Shown here: positions 1-13,590 of the stretch, piece by piece
Position numbering within the stretch: the first letter of the stretch is position 1
Layout of the letters: every line of letters starts with the position of its first letter
From: the human T2T-CHM13v2.0 reference genome, Homo sapiens
Direction: 5' to 3' (one strand)
Assembly: GCF_009914755.1 (NCBI RefSeq)
Contig: NC_060929.1
Length of the DNA: 64,000 nt
Notes under the pieces: generated by a model
Database searches by the model: none
The model's input: the letters and a program-made list of their open reading frames with translations, nothing else
What the model was told of the DNA's origin: nothing
Position numbers and translations under genes: made by a program

Positions 1-319
1 AGAAAGGGGTGAAAATGGAAATTTATGTTTTGAAGCATCACATTAAGTGTTATGTTCATGATAAATGGAAGAAACACCTAAATGGAACATTCAGTACAAG
101 TAAGGGTTATGGATTATGAGAGGAAACGAAACCACCCTGATTCTTCTAACACAACAAAGAGAAAGAGTTGGGCTGGTGTGATATATTCAAAGGAGCTGTC
201 AATGCAGGACTATATAAAGAATAATTTGTGAAAATAGAAATAATATTCTGCAAAACCTAGGCCCTCCCTTCCATTTCAATCTCTTTTCCTACCAGTTTTC
301 TTTTGATTATGCCTCTGAC

Positions 320-722
320 TTACTGTTTCTGCTTCTTGAACAAACCTAGTTTACCCATGCTTCAGAGACTTTGAAACTTATCTTCCCTTTGCCTGAGAGG
401 ATCTTTATCTTTGCATGGTTGGCTATTTCAGTTCATGTCTTAGCTCAGATGTCTCTCTTTCCAGAAAGCTTTTTCAGGCTATCCCTCCTTTTTAGACTTC
501 ATTACCTTCAAACTGCCTCATTTAATTATTTTTTAAGATTGGTATCACTTTTCAAAATTATCTTTTCTATCTGATTTTGTTTTCATTGTATTTTTTTTCT
601 ACTAGCCCAACAGTCACATAAGAACAAGAACCATGGTCCTGGCTAATGCTATATCCCCAGGTGTATAATAGTGTATGACAGAAAACCAGCAGTTCATAAA
701 TATGAATGGATAGATGAATGAT
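320..722 (+). mobile_element. L2 LINE 3' fragment
   Basis: Degenerate L2 3' end (ctcagatgtc...ttccagaaagct; ...ataaatatgaatggatagatgaatga). Boundaries approximate. Confidence 0.6.
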
Positions 723-3700
723 ACATTAATAGAATGAGACAAGAAAATTCAGTGTGTGCCAGATCACCAATATATGCCAGATTTACCTTTGATGAATGGC
801 TTTGAATTTGAAGGATATTAGGATTTATTGAAGAATTTGAAGAGAAGTAGCATGATCTATTTGTGTTTTTAGAAAACTGAGGAAAATGTGTCCCAAAGGA
901 TGAGAGCAGGCAAAGAGCAAGATGGAATAAATAGAATTGAATTCTAAACTAAGTCGTATGTGAGATGCACAGAAGAAAAAAACTATTTGCCAAACACCAA
1001 GGAAGTAAAAATCAACCAGATCTAATAAAAAATGAATATTGAAGATAAAGTACAGGGTGGAGAAAATGATATTAAGTATGCTACAAATTTCTGTGCTTAT
1101 TATCTTACTTACAAGGCACCGGAAGATTTAATGTTTTGCTTTGGTTTATATTTCCATAGAAATGTTTAAGTACTTATTCAGCATAATAGCATCTCTACCA
1201 CATAACAGCTCTAAGAGGATGAATACATATAAAGAGTTTAAAATACTTTTTAGGAGTTATGTAATTGTGCACATTATAACAGTTTATATTTCCAACTTCA
1301 CATTTCTGAAAACATTTGTGAAAGGCTGGAAATACTTTCTCCTAAACACGCAATCTTTATCTGAACTACTTAAAATGCATATAATTGCTATTTAGTATTG
1401 AAGATTAATCATTACTTTAAAACTGACATTTTAAATGAGCTGTTTTTCTATAATTTGATTATCAATTTTTTTTATTAACTGCTACATGATTGTAGCAGTC
1501 ATATGTGGGATTAAAACACATTTAGATTGTACTTTAATATCACTTATAATTATCCAAAAGTTATTTTGGGCAAAGAAGTTTTGGATGGCTTATTACTCAG
1601 ATATTTCATTTATAAAGGGGCAGAAATTATTCTATAAGGATATAACTCGGTCCAAGAGAGGCCCAGGTCATTTTCTCTTTTCAAACCTTCTTGAGTAAGC
1701 AGGAACCCCAGCGCAAGCCCCATGCCTCATGGGCCCCTAAGCTTGAGTGTCTTTCTAAAAATATTGAAGTTCCTCTCCAGCATTTGAGATTAGCCAAAGC
1801 CAGCAGGGATATCCACGTGGGGCAGTGCAAGCCCAGACCTGGATCCATAATAGAGCTCTCTGACACTGTGTCTCCATATATAGGATCCAACAGATTTCCC
1901 AACACAGTCCCAGAATTATGTTTTTGGGGTGGTCCCAGTCAAAGTCCCAACACCAGGCCCAGTTCCAGAAGGGAAACCTGGTAAGATGATTGTTTGCATT
2001 CCACGGCCAGAACAGAATGTCTTTCATGAAGCTGCAGAAAATTAGCTGCATAAATAGTGCCGAAATAATGAATTTAGATGACTTTTACTCATGTCAGACA
2101 CAAGAAGAGATGAGGATTCTGGATTACCTAAAGACCACCTCCGACTTGTGGTCTCAAGTCATGTGTATGGGTCCTTTCACTGGGTTTTCCTGGTCCATGT
2201 TCCCACTGAGGTGCTGCCTCTGGTCTATAGCTCCTGAAAGCAACAAGATCAGGGAAATACTTTATTTACCTTGTACACACTCTCTATCCACTACTGACAT
2301 CCGGTATGGTCATTCAATCCCGTCTAGTATCAGGAGGTCTTCTGTGGTTGGTCACATCAATCACATCTGCAATTTGACAGAATCAAAGAACCATTCTGAT
2401 TCATGGTTTTCTCCAATCAGGGCTATCTTTATGAATTTGCAACCTGTGCAATATCTCAGAGCACTTCTTTGCGAGGGTCTCATTCTTGATTTAATTCTCT
2501 GCTATTGCTATCTTACAGTTTAGTGTAATTGTTTTAACAATAGTCCTTCATTTTTGTTTTTCACTGGATCCTGCATGTTATACAGCCTATCCTTCCTCTG
2601 ACTGAGAAGGTAACAACATGATCTCCCAAGCAGGTCTTAAGCTTTCCTGGACATGTGGCAAGCATTCTAGCACAAATTAGAATGTTCTTTTCACCTACTC
2701 CATGCACTCCTAGTTTGTTCTGCATGCAGATAGAAACATGTGGAAGGCAATGATGTGGTCAGTATTGAAAGAGATCACATTCTAGAAGTGTAATGATTGT
2801 GGCCTAAGAGTTCTCCTAGTCAATGCATTTGGAATTTCTACATTTCTGTTATAAAATTTCAAATGCTAAATATAACAAGACCGGAAAGTGAATATGGTTC
2901 AAATGTTTCATTTTCTTTCACACTCTTGGTAAGACTAGCATCTTTCATCATCATTAACCCATCTTTCAGAGAGTAATTGGAAGCCAATATTTAGGAGTGG
3001 GTTGGTAGATGATGTACGGTCCTGAACAAGGATGCAACCAACATAAAATACACAGCATTAAGAAAATTCAGAGACAATTAGTACTAAATAGTTTCAATAC
3101 AAAGAAATCTGTGGAGCCATACAGTTATGAGTCATACAGAATTGCTACATATTCTACTGGGATGAGAGAGAGGAATTTTTCCAGTAACAGCACACTTAAC
3201 AGTGAAAAACTTGATGAGATGGTGTCTAGATCTAAACAGAAAAACAGCATGCTTTGATACTACAAATGATCTTCTGAAATATATAACAAATTCTTCTCTT
3301 CCTATTTTTCTGAATTTTCATTGATAAATCACTATATCCCACACGGGCCTGTATACTTTGTAAGCATTTTTTAATCAAATAGTTTGTATAGACAAGGGCT
3401 ACACAAAAATATATTCTCTTTGTATACCACACACTCTAGTGGTAGTCCTGGACTCTGATATGTTAAATTTTAGAAATGTCAAAATTAAATATAAATTAAA
3501 GCTAAAATGTAACCAATTATATTGCATATAAACAAACACGAGTGCACACATAACCCCATTTAGCTATAAAACCAAAAGTTAAATCTATGTCCACTGTGAA
3601 CAATTTGATAATCAATTTTTCCTATTTCACCACCTCACGCCTACCCCTAAAATGCATGTAACCACAAATCTCTCTGCCAATATGTATTTCTTGCTTAAGT

Positions 3701-3956
3701 CACAAAACTTCTAGGAATAATATAAATAAAAAGATTTACAGATGTTCAGAACTAGAAACTAGCTGTTGTAATTTTTTTCTGTTCAGTAAATGTGTCAAAA
3801 GGAATATTAAATTATATTCAAACTATCTGTATAGAAAATTGTGTTTAATATAATTTTATATGAAATGTAATCCAGGATCTATCGGTTTGAAATATACAGC
3901 AAAAACACAGAAAATAAAAAATATTATAGTGTCATACCCAGTAATTAAAATAAATA

Positions 3957-5083
3957 CAGTAATGCATCATTTAATGACAGGGATATGTTTTGAGAAAAGC
4001 ATTCTTAAGTAATTTTGTCATTGTTGGAACATCATAGAGTATATTTACCCAAAACTAGATGCTAGAGCCTGCTACACACCTCTGCTGTATGGTATAGTTT
4101 ATTGTGCCTAGGCTATTGACCTGTACCATATGTTACTGTACTGAATGCTGTAGGCAATTGTAACACAATGATAAGTATTTTTATATCTAAACACAGAAAA
4201 GTTACAGTAAAAGTACAATGTAAAGGATTTAAAATGGTACATCTTTACAGGGTACTTACCATCAGTGGAGTTTATAGGACTGGAAATTGATCTGAATGAG
4301 TCAGTGAGTGAGTGGTAACTGAATGTAAAAGGCTAGGACCTTACAGTGTGCTGCTGTAGACTTTATAACACTGGAAAATTAGGCATCACTAAATTCATTT
4401 GAAATTCTTATCTTAAAATTTTATTTCTTCAATAAGAAATTAACCTTAGCTTACTGTAATTTTTTACTTTGTAAACCTTTAACTTTTTTAACTTTCTTGA
4501 CTTTTTGTAACAACACAATTTAAAACACACATTGTACAGTTGTACAAACATTTTCTTCCATTTATTCTCATTCTATAGTTTTTTAAAATTTTTATTTGTT
4601 TATTTTTTAAATTTCTTTTTAAAAACTAAGACATAAACACATACATTAGCCTAGGCCTACCTATATGGTCAGGATCATCAATAGAACTATCTTCCATCTC
4701 CATGTCTTGTCCCAGTGGAGGGTTTTCAGAGGTAGTAACACCCGAGGAGTTTTCATCCTTGATAACAATGCCTTCTCCTGGAATACCTCCTGAAGGACTT
4801 GCCTGAGGTTGTCTTACAGTTACCTTTTTTTTAAGTAGAAGGAGTATACTCTAAAATAATAAAAAAAATGTGGTAAGATGTATAAACTAGTAACATTGTT
4901 GTTTTATCATTATAAAGTATTATGTAATATAAATAGTTGTATATGTTATACTTATATGCAACTGGCAGGGCAGTACGTTTGTTTACACAAAAAACACAAG
5001 TACTGCATTGCACTAGGCAATAGGAATTTTTCAGCTCAATTATAATCTCATGGGACTGCCACCATATATGCGGCACATGACTG
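3957..5083 (+). mobile_element. Tigger3b (GOLEM_B/MER7-type) TcMar-Tigger DNA transposon
   Basis: Starts cagtaatgcatcatttaatgacagggatatgttttgagaaa and ends gcggcacatgactg (terminal inverted repeats). TA target duplication at 3955-3956 and 5084-5085. Confidence 0.9.
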
Positions 5084-5085
5084 TA

Positions 5086-5190
5086 TTGAAATTTGTGCCT
5101 AATCTAGTATTCCTAAGTTTGTATTTTTTTAAGTGTGCTTCTAAAATTATATAAACTTCAAGCCCTCTAAAACCTAGATCATACATGGCT
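5086..5190 (-). mobile_element. Old hAT-type DNA transposon end (MER53-like)
   Basis: aaattatataaacttcaagccctctaaaacctagatc resembles the recalled MER53 terminus; highly diverged. Confidence 0.4.
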
Positions 5191-5297
5191 GGTGGTATGT
5201 CAGTTGACTCCAAGATTCAAAGGGGCCCACCAACTTTTTACTTCTTTCTTCAAGGTGGGTAGTTTGAGGAGAACACTTTGTCTCTTACTTAAAAATG

Positions 5298-5458
5298 GAG
5301 TTAATGGGTGCAGCAGACCAACATGGCACATGTATACATATGTAACAAACCTGCACGTTGTGCACATGTACCCTAAAACTAAAGTATAATAATAATAAAA
5401 TAAAATAAAAATAAAAAGATATGATTTAAAAAAATAATAAAAAATAATAAAAAAGAAA
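5298..5458 (+). mobile_element. Severely 5'-truncated young L1PA 3' end with A-rich tail
   Basis: gagttaatgggtgcagca...catgtaccctaaaactaaagtataataa; TSD taaaaatgga at 5290-5299 and 5459-5468; TT/AAAA endonuclease site. Confidence 0.9.
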
Positions 5459-5499
5459 TAAAAATGGATGCCCAGATTACTAGATTCCTAGAAAGCTTA

Positions 5500-6700
5500 C
5501 CAATGTTCTAGGTCTCAATTTTCTTGAGGTATACCTACTATCTTTTGGCATGTATCTGAATTACTTAGTCATCTACAATTCTTACTACTCCAGGCTTACC
5601 ATGGAATAATTATCATTATTTTATCAATATAATGAACTAGCGTGACATTCTTTGGGCTATTAAAATAGATCATTTAGCATTATTTGTGCTGTATCATTAC
5701 CAAGATCATCACAGTTGGCCTAGCCCTAGGGCAAGAAAACAAAGGTTATGCTGTTTCTGCCATAAGAATGCAAACTACTTCTGAAAATATCCCGTGTTAC
5801 ATGCAATGTATTTGAACCTGTGTTGAATTGTTTCAATAAGGATATGATGCAACATCAGCAATTATCAATACCACCTGGTTAATTTTGTGATAAATCATTT
5901 TCTCAAAGAATTGGCACCTGTCAAACAGGAACATTAAATAGGGATGTTATAGGCATCAACATGACATTCTTTCAAACTGTTGTTGGTAAAAATATTGGTA
6001 ATTCTCCTGGACAAGTAGTATCATATTTACTCTTAGTTCTGCCTACCGTAATAATCTACATATTATAGTACCTATGCACAGATTCTAACTGTCATGAGGC
6101 ATACTATTCCACTGTGTTAGAGATATGTGAGAAAAGAAAAAAAATAAAAATAAAAACAGGAGAGGTCCACAGTTCCACTAGACTTATTGTCAGACAGACT
6201 TGAGCCAAGATTCTCTCTACTACCTGAAGTTCCGAGTTCTTACTTTGTTCAATGTTCTTCAAATTAACTACTACATAACCCTTTCTGAATTCTACTGTAT
6301 GAATTAATGAGGGCTTGGCCGTCAGTGTATAGACTATACCTTTATGGTCTAAGCTGTAAACACTTCTGGCTCAAGACATATTGGAATTCAACTTAATTTG
6401 GGCCTGTAAGCAATGACATGGGAAGTGGAGAGGAGGTCCTGGAGGATATCTAGTTTCAGATTTTGCTAATGCAGTTTTTGAAAATATTTTATACAATATA
6501 TAGAGGACTGGTTCCCTCAGATTTAATGGAGTGGGTCTGTTTTCTCAGCCAAAGATGTTTTCAGAAATTTCAAGATTCAGAATTCTCAGTGTCATTCATG
6601 TCTACCCGAATATCATTCCCCCATGATACAAAGTTTCAATCTCTTCTTAAAAGTATCTGTTTTTGGGTACTGAGGCACTCAAAAGGTTTACTTCTCTCTG
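5500..6700 (-). mobile_element. Ancient ERVL-class internal (pol) remnant
   Basis: 5860-6040 (caccacctggttaattttgtgataaatc...aaatagggatgttatagg) resembles the ERVL RT region also seen at ~52810-53000. Extent uncertain. Confidence 0.45.
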
Positions 6701-6718
6701 CTATTAAAAGCTGATATC

Positions 6719-7000
6719 AGCCGGTCGCAGTGGCTCCTGCCTGCAATCCCAGTACTTTGGGAGGCTGAGGTGGGAGTTCAGGAGTTCAAGACCAGCCTGG
6801 CCTACATGGTGAAACCCCATTTCTACTAAAAATACAAAAATTAGCTGGACGTTGTGGCGTGTCTATAGTCTCAGCTGCTAGGGAGGCTGAGGCAGGAGAA
6901 CCTGGGAGGTGGAGGTTGCACTCAGCCGAGATCACGCCACTGCACTCCAGCCTAGGTGACAGAGTGAGACTCTGTCTCAAAAAAAAAAAAAAAAAAAAAA
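6719..7000 (+). mobile_element. AluS with two small internal deletions
   Basis: Dimeric Alu with poly(A); TSD agctgatatc at 6709-6718 and 7003-7012. Confidence 0.95.
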
Positions 7001-7193
7001 CCAGCTGATATCTCGGTGGTATCTATTACCAATTATGTACACTTCAATTTTTAGGGTTTTTGAGCTGCAGGTTGAAAGATATTAAATGGGGAAATAAAAA
7101 CAATTTAATGAGTTTACAAGATATATTTTTATAAAAACAAATAGAGTTGATCAAAATGAGAATATAAGAGAATGTATCATATATAATAAAGTA

Positions 7194-7787
7194 CAATAAG
7201 TCCTCACTTAACATCATCAATGGGCTCTTAAAACTGTAACTTTAAGTGAAAAGACATGTAATGAAGTCAATGTCCAAGAGGCTAATTCATATAAACAAGA
7301 GTTAAGTATTTATGGCAAATTTTTGGTGATAAAATATTAAGATCACTACACATCTAAGTAAATACCAAAATACCTCTAATATTAAACATTAAAATAAATA
7401 TAAGCTACACGTACATTTAAGACAAATTAAGACAAAAAAGCTAATTGTTTACCCAATTATTCTAGCTCAGGGTCATGGGTGACCAAAGCCTCTACTGGCA
7501 ACTAAAGGCACAAGATGGGAATCAGCCCTGGACAGGATGCCATCCCATCACAGGCCTCACCCACACTCATTCAGACCGGGATGTTGCAGAAATGCCATTT
7601 AACCTAATATGCGCATCTTTGGAATGTAAGAGGAAACAGGAGTCCTTGGAGAAAATTCATGCAGACATGAGGAGAATAGGCAAACTCCACACAGTCGCTG
7701 GCCCTGGCTGGAAATAGATTTTATTTTCCTCATAAACATTGTAACAAAACAACATTAAACAAAAAGCCATTAATCTAGGATCTGCTG
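7194..7787 (-). mobile_element. MER6A TcMar-Tigger non-autonomous DNA transposon
   Basis: Termini caataagtcctcacttaac and ctaggatctgctg, TA flanks on both sides, ~600 bp, internal ggcaaactccacacag motif. Confidence 0.8.
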
Positions 7788-7811
7788 TACTGCTTTGTTA
7801 TGTTTTAATAT

Positions 7812-7813
<2 letters not shown>

Positions 7814-7850
<37 letters not shown>
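7814..7850. repeat. (CA)n microsatellite
   Basis: Direct reading. Confidence 0.95.
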
Positions 7851-8630
7851 AGAGCAGTAAATTTAGCTTTGCCCTAGATATTCATCAGAAGTCAACTATT
7901 TAGCTTTTTCTTTCAGGTGAGGATTTTGAAAACTGAATAACCTCCTGTTACAATTTTAATGTTATTTCTAGTATCCTTGAATTTGTGGCATGATCAATGA
8001 TCATTTGATTGTTTGGAACACCATCACTTCTAATAAACATAATTAGAGACAATTCATTCAATTTAATAAGGTCTAAGTATTCAGTTTTATTGAATGTTTA
8101 TTCTGAATATCTTAGTTATATTTAGTATGGTTTGTAAAAAACTGATTCATGTTTTGAAATCGTATGTATGAATTGCTTATAGATTATAGGTATTATCGGA
8201 AGAATGCAATAATAAATCATTATATTTAATACATCTAATTAGAAACTAATAATGAAAGTTTTATATAGGTAAATAATTAGGAAAATGTATTTCATGTTAT
8301 GTAAATAAGAGGGTATGTTAGATAGATACAGTAAATAAGAACAACTGAATGAATAACATTATATAATTTTAAGCCAAAAATATTTATAAACATTTAAATA
8401 ATATTATAAAGCTAAATAAGATCAATTATATAGCATCATAACTTTAGTTAGCACAGAATTACTTGGTATACTAGTATTCACAAAGTTAACTAAAATAGCC
8501 AAGATCCAAAATTACTTTTAAAATTTAGCTATTTAATTCCATTTAGAACATGGGATTTAGAGAAAATTGAAAACTTGTTAAAAAATAACTCAAAATTAAC
8601 TTCATAGAAAAATAATTAAAATTATATTAT

Positions 8631-9041
8631 TGTTAAAAGAAAAACTTTAGGCAATTAAATTAAACAGAGTTCATTTGAGCAAATAACAGTTTATGAATCA
8701 GGCAGCACTCAGAACCGGAAGAGGTTCAGAAAGCTACACCCAGCAGCATGAGCAGCAAATGGAGAAGCAGAGAAATTACCTGATTAGACACAGCTAGATG
8801 GCTGCCTTATTTCTGCACAATGTGATGAGGCATTTACCTTACTTGGGCACGTTCTGATGGGAGGTTTCTAGTTGTATAATGAATTGGCTGGTTGATTGGT
8901 GGTGACTCGCTGAGGCCCCCTTTTTCTTTTCTTAGTTACAAGAAATGTTTTTTAAGTGAAGTCCTGGTTTTGCTAATATGAGAGCTTGTGCTACAGAGAC
9001 AATCTCTGTATGTAATGGCCTCCTTCTTATTTACTTTAACA
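8631..9041 (-). mobile_element. ERV1 (MER4-group) solo LTR
   Basis: tgttaaa...tttaaca termini; ttcatttgagcaaataacagtttatgaatcaggcagc U5/R-type motif; gattgg CCAAT-like boxes. Confidence 0.75.
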
Positions 9042-10025
9042 CTACCTTGAAACTCACATGGAGGAAAACTTCCAAAGTCATGTTCAATCACATCCATGAA
9101 AAATCATCTTCCATCTAGCTGTATTAAAGGTTACAAAACATTTGAAGAAGAGAAATATAAGATATTGAGAGAAATATAAGATAGCTAATACACAATGAAC
9201 CTTAAAAAAAGATTTTACAAGAGTTCTGTTACAGGATAATTTATAATTTTTATTCTATGGTAACTAACATTTAAATAAATTATTGTCAAAATGACTACTT
9301 ACTATATCAATGAAAAGAAAGAAATTTGGAGCTATGTCAAGAAATGCCCTGTATTTTTCAATTTGCCTGTAACAAGTTCATCAATACTATCCACAAACTC
9401 AAATACAATAGTTTATCTTAGAGCTTCTTTTCTTCAACTTATTGTAAATATTACATATAGTTGATTATTTCTCCTTGATATTTTTTTCTGACTTGATTTT
9501 TGGGATCACACATACATTACATTTTTTTCTTTTCTTTACTGGTCTCTATTTCTGAAGGTCCTTTGTTTAATCTTAGTTTGTCTCTTACTAACACAACATA
9601 TATTATTCATTGGTAAATTCTTAAACTTAAAAAAAAAATCTTTCAAATTTTATACCATCAGCTTTATGCCCCACACTAGCCAAACCTACCATTATCTTTT
9701 GCCTGTGCTGCAATAAACTACAATGAGTACCTCTTCAACTCTTGCCTCCATCACATTTCCCAAGCATTAACGTGTTTTAAGCAGAAAGAAAAAAGTAAAA
9801 TACACTTTAAGCAGTAAAGAAAATTACACTTTACTTAAAAGTAAAATACACTTTAAGCAGAAAGAAAAAAGTAAAATAGTATTAAGCTCCCTGTTGTGGA
9901 AGTCCGAATTGAGACAAATTTGGATGAGGGAAACAAGATGGAGAACAATTTACATAGGCAGGCGAAAGCTGATAAAGATTAAAATTAATATCCATGAAAA
10001 GAGACAGGCAGAAAAGAGAGGATGT

Positions 10026-10382
10026 TGCTGTAGTCTGAAAGATTGTGTCCTCCCAAAGTTTATATTTTAAAACCTAATCCTCAATGTGGTAGTATTAAGG
10101 GGTGGGGCTTTGGGGAGGTGATTAGGTCATGAAGGCTGAGCTCCGTAAATGGGATTAGTTATTTTACAAAAGAAGCTCAGAGGGCTCTTATTCTTCCCTC
10201 TGCTGCATGTGGATGCCACAGAAGGTGCTGTCTATGAGGAAGAGAACCCTCACCAAACAGCAAATCTGTTGATGACTTGAACTTGCACGTCCTAGTCTCC
10301 AGAACTGTGAGAAATAATTTTGTTTCTCATAAGGTACCCAGTTTATGACATTTTTGTAAAGCAACCTGAACAGATTAAGACA
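10026..10382 (+). mobile_element. MLT1A/MLT1A0 MaLR solo LTR
   Basis: tgctgtagtctgaa...ggggctttggggaggtgattaggtcatgaagg...tctccagaactgtgagaaataa...cagattaagaca. Confidence 0.9.
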
Positions 10383-12076
10383 AATGGTGATGACAAAATA
10401 TAATCAACATATCTTGATAAATAAATAATTGGTTATAAACACTCAGGGTGAAGAAAGTAATATAACGCATTTCTATTTTATGTAAATGCATTGATGATAG
10501 TATAAGAGAGGTATTGCAGGACATACAAGTTTGTTGAAATAGATAAAAATATGAATATAGGTAACTGCAACATATTGAAAAGATATTTGAAAGTAAGGAA
10601 ATAAAATCAGTAAATAAAGAATGACATTCAGTGAATTTTGTAGTGCTGGGCATTTACACCATATTCTATTTATCTTAAACTGGAAGAGATTTGAACTTGA
10701 CTTTAGTTTGAGGAAAATTTGTAAGCAGAAAAACTGAAAGATGCAGAAAGAAGAAGTTTGGAGAAAAAACAGGAAATAGAGGTTTGAACACAGATAACGG
10801 GATTAACCTCTAAAAAGAGAGGGATTCTCTTCCTCAGAGATATAAGACAATGATCTGAAGTTGGCTTCATATGATGGAGATAAGATTAATATGATCAGGC
10901 CAGGAATTCCAGGGGTTTCCTATAAGAAAACCTCAATTTTCTCTGAAAATACTGCTTCATAGGGTAAGGATATTTTTAAAAATTAGTCTTTTTAAAAACA
11001 GCAAGAATTAAAAGTAATTTTAATTTCTTAGATACGGTATGAAACAGTGGTAAATGAGAATCTACCTGGCATTCCAAAATCAAATATTTACCCTAAAATC
11101 TACATTTCACATAGACAAAAAGCAATGGAGAAAAAATTGCTTATTATCAGTTATTTGAAGTGTGTATGTATGTAGATGAAAGCAGAAAAATAGCAACTCG
11201 AGCATCTGGAGTTATATTTTGCATCTTACATCTTCAAAAATTCTATAATTATTCTAACTCCATTGAAAGCATCTAATTAATTGTGCATCATGAAAATGTT
11301 GATATTGTAAAAAGCAATAAAATCTACGAAAAGCATTAATGTCAATGATCACTTTACCTACATTTCCCTGTAATAATAAATTGGTTTAATTACTGAATAA
11401 ACACAGATAGTTTATACCTCAGTTTTTAAAAGTCACTTTTACTTCAGAAGATAGATTGCTAACTAGTATTCCTGACACAGAAACAAGGCTTTTATTCACC
11501 GTTCTTCTTTACAAATATTTTTGCTGCTGTATTTACTAAACAGATGGGTAAAATTATTTGCTTTTTAAAAACTACTCATCTTACCAATATCTTTTGTTTA
11601 GTTTTTCAAGGACAGGTGTTAAGAATGTGCTTGTAAAATTTTTGTTCAAAATCTTACTTTTAAAAAATGTTTGCCTTCGTGAATACTAAACATAATTTAG
11701 GCTATATGGGAGGCTGTTCCTTTTTTAAAAATTAAAATATATGAGGACATACTTTTAAGATGTGTGGCAATAAAATCTAGAAGCTAAATATGTCTTTGTT
11801 ACAGACTTTCTACTGATGTTTAAACTAACTAAAAGTACTTTAGAAGTTTGTTTTCTCTCTGTCAGAAACATTAAGGTGTATCGTTGTGTCCCCAACTTAT
11901 CTTTATTATTTTCTCAGTGTAGCATAAGGAGATATAGAGTATCTTATAATTGAATATTTTCTTGATATAGCAAGCATGTTATTTAACCAGGTTGTAGTAT
12001 CATCACTAACCAATGAAAAATAACTCTTACATATAAGGAGTATATTCAAGGACAAGGTTGTATTTTAAATCTTATT

Positions 12077-12315
12077 TGAACAATGAGAAGTCATGGATAT
12101 AGGGAGGGAACATCATCACACAGCAGGGCCTGTCAGGGAGTTGGGGGCAAGCAGAGGGAGAGCATTAGGACAAATATCTAATGCATGCTGGGCTTAAAAC
12201 CTAGATGATGGTTGATAGGTGCAGCTAACCACCATGGCACATGTATACCTATGTAACAAACCTGCACGTTCTGCACATGTATTCCAGAACTTAAAGTAAA
12301 ATTAAAAAAAAAAAA
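12077..12315 (+). mobile_element. L1PA (about PA8-10) 3' end fragment
   Basis: L1 3' UTR (agcattaggacaaatatctaatgcatg...ccagaacttaaagtaaaa), poly(A), flanking aaatctt repeat. Confidence 0.9.
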
Positions 12316-13206
12316 TACAGAAATCTTTTGCTAAGAATATACTTTTTCTGCAAGTGTCCTTCCTAACTTCCTTCTTAGAAAGAGAGAAGCAGAAATATTC
12401 CTTGGTGATAAAATCAAATAATTAAAGTATTCTCAATGAAGGGATATATGCTTTAAATTTGTAGGAATTAAAATGAAATATCAGATATGGCCCTTGATCT
12501 AAAGGAGATGAAAATCTAGGTGAAACAATCTGTTTTATTTACACATCAAATAACAAGATGATTATTATAATTTATGTACCCAAGTAGTTTCCACTAACGG
12601 AATGTAAGATAGTTGTCCTTGGCTTTGAGGAACTCGGGATCATTCCAGAAGCAGACAGTAGATACACTCCAGGGAGGGAAACAAGCAAACAAACAAACAA
12701 ACACCACAACCACTCTTTTACCAAATGCAATTTTTTTCTAGTGTTATACAGAAGGTAATGGATTAATACGGGGATGTCCGGGAGTGCCACAATTCCTTGT
12801 CACCTTTACCCTTGGTAAGCCAAAAATATTCTGTTCTCCCATGACGCATCACAGACACGGTGCAGCTTTTGGTGGAGGGATTTTACCATGTCAGAGTGGC
12901 TTCTGACTGCACTCAAACGCTCAGAACAGGGTTCTGTAGGATCAACATCTTCCCTGCTTTTAAACCACAGCCTATTAATTGCATACAGTCAAAGAGCCTA
13001 AAATTTGGATGATTCAGGAATCTGTTTTTATCCTAATAAGGTTGACGATGGAGGTGGATAGGATGGCCGACACTGTACATGGATCTTGAGCTGAGTAAAC
13101 TGGCTTATGTTATACTCCACAGTTAGTGTTTGAGGATATGTTCTGGTGGCCAGACACAATTATCCTCTGACCTCAACCTTTCCAGAGTCCAATTAGCTTT
13201 TATTAT

Positions 13207-13590
13207 ATATATTAGTCCGCTAAGATTACCATAACAAAATATTACAGACTGGATGACCTATTCAACAGAAATTTTCTCACAGTTCTGGAGGCCAAAAGTT
13301 CAAGATCGAGGTGTTGACAAGTTTGGTTTCTACTGAGACCTGGTGCATTGGCTTGCAGATGGCTGCCTTCTTGCTGTGTTCTCACATGACATTTTCTCTG
13401 TGTGCATCCACATCCCTGATGTCTCTTCCTCTTCTTATAAGTACATCAGTTCTATTGGGTTAGGGCCCACCCTTATGACATCATTTAATGTGGGTTACCT
13501 CTTTAAACGCCCTATCTCTAAATAAAGTTACAGTAGGGGGTTAGGACTTCAACATAAGATCCTTGGGGCGGACAAAAGTTCATCTATAAT
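13207..13590 (-). mobile_element. MLT1A/B-type MaLR solo LTR
   Basis: tatattagtc...ccataacaaaatattacagactgg...ctcacagttctggaggc...gggcccacccttatgac. Confidence 0.85.

Noticed and set aside
1681-2523. Cluster of overlapping ORFs up to 177 aa in a moderately GC-richer stretch
   Set aside because: No recognisable domain, non-ATG starts, no splice or retrocopy hallmarks; probably chance ORFs or an unrecognised old repeat.
12742-12814. Translation CYTEGNGLIRG looks faintly like a kringle start
   Set aside because: It lacks the YRG motif and downstream cysteine spacing, and there are no companion exons.
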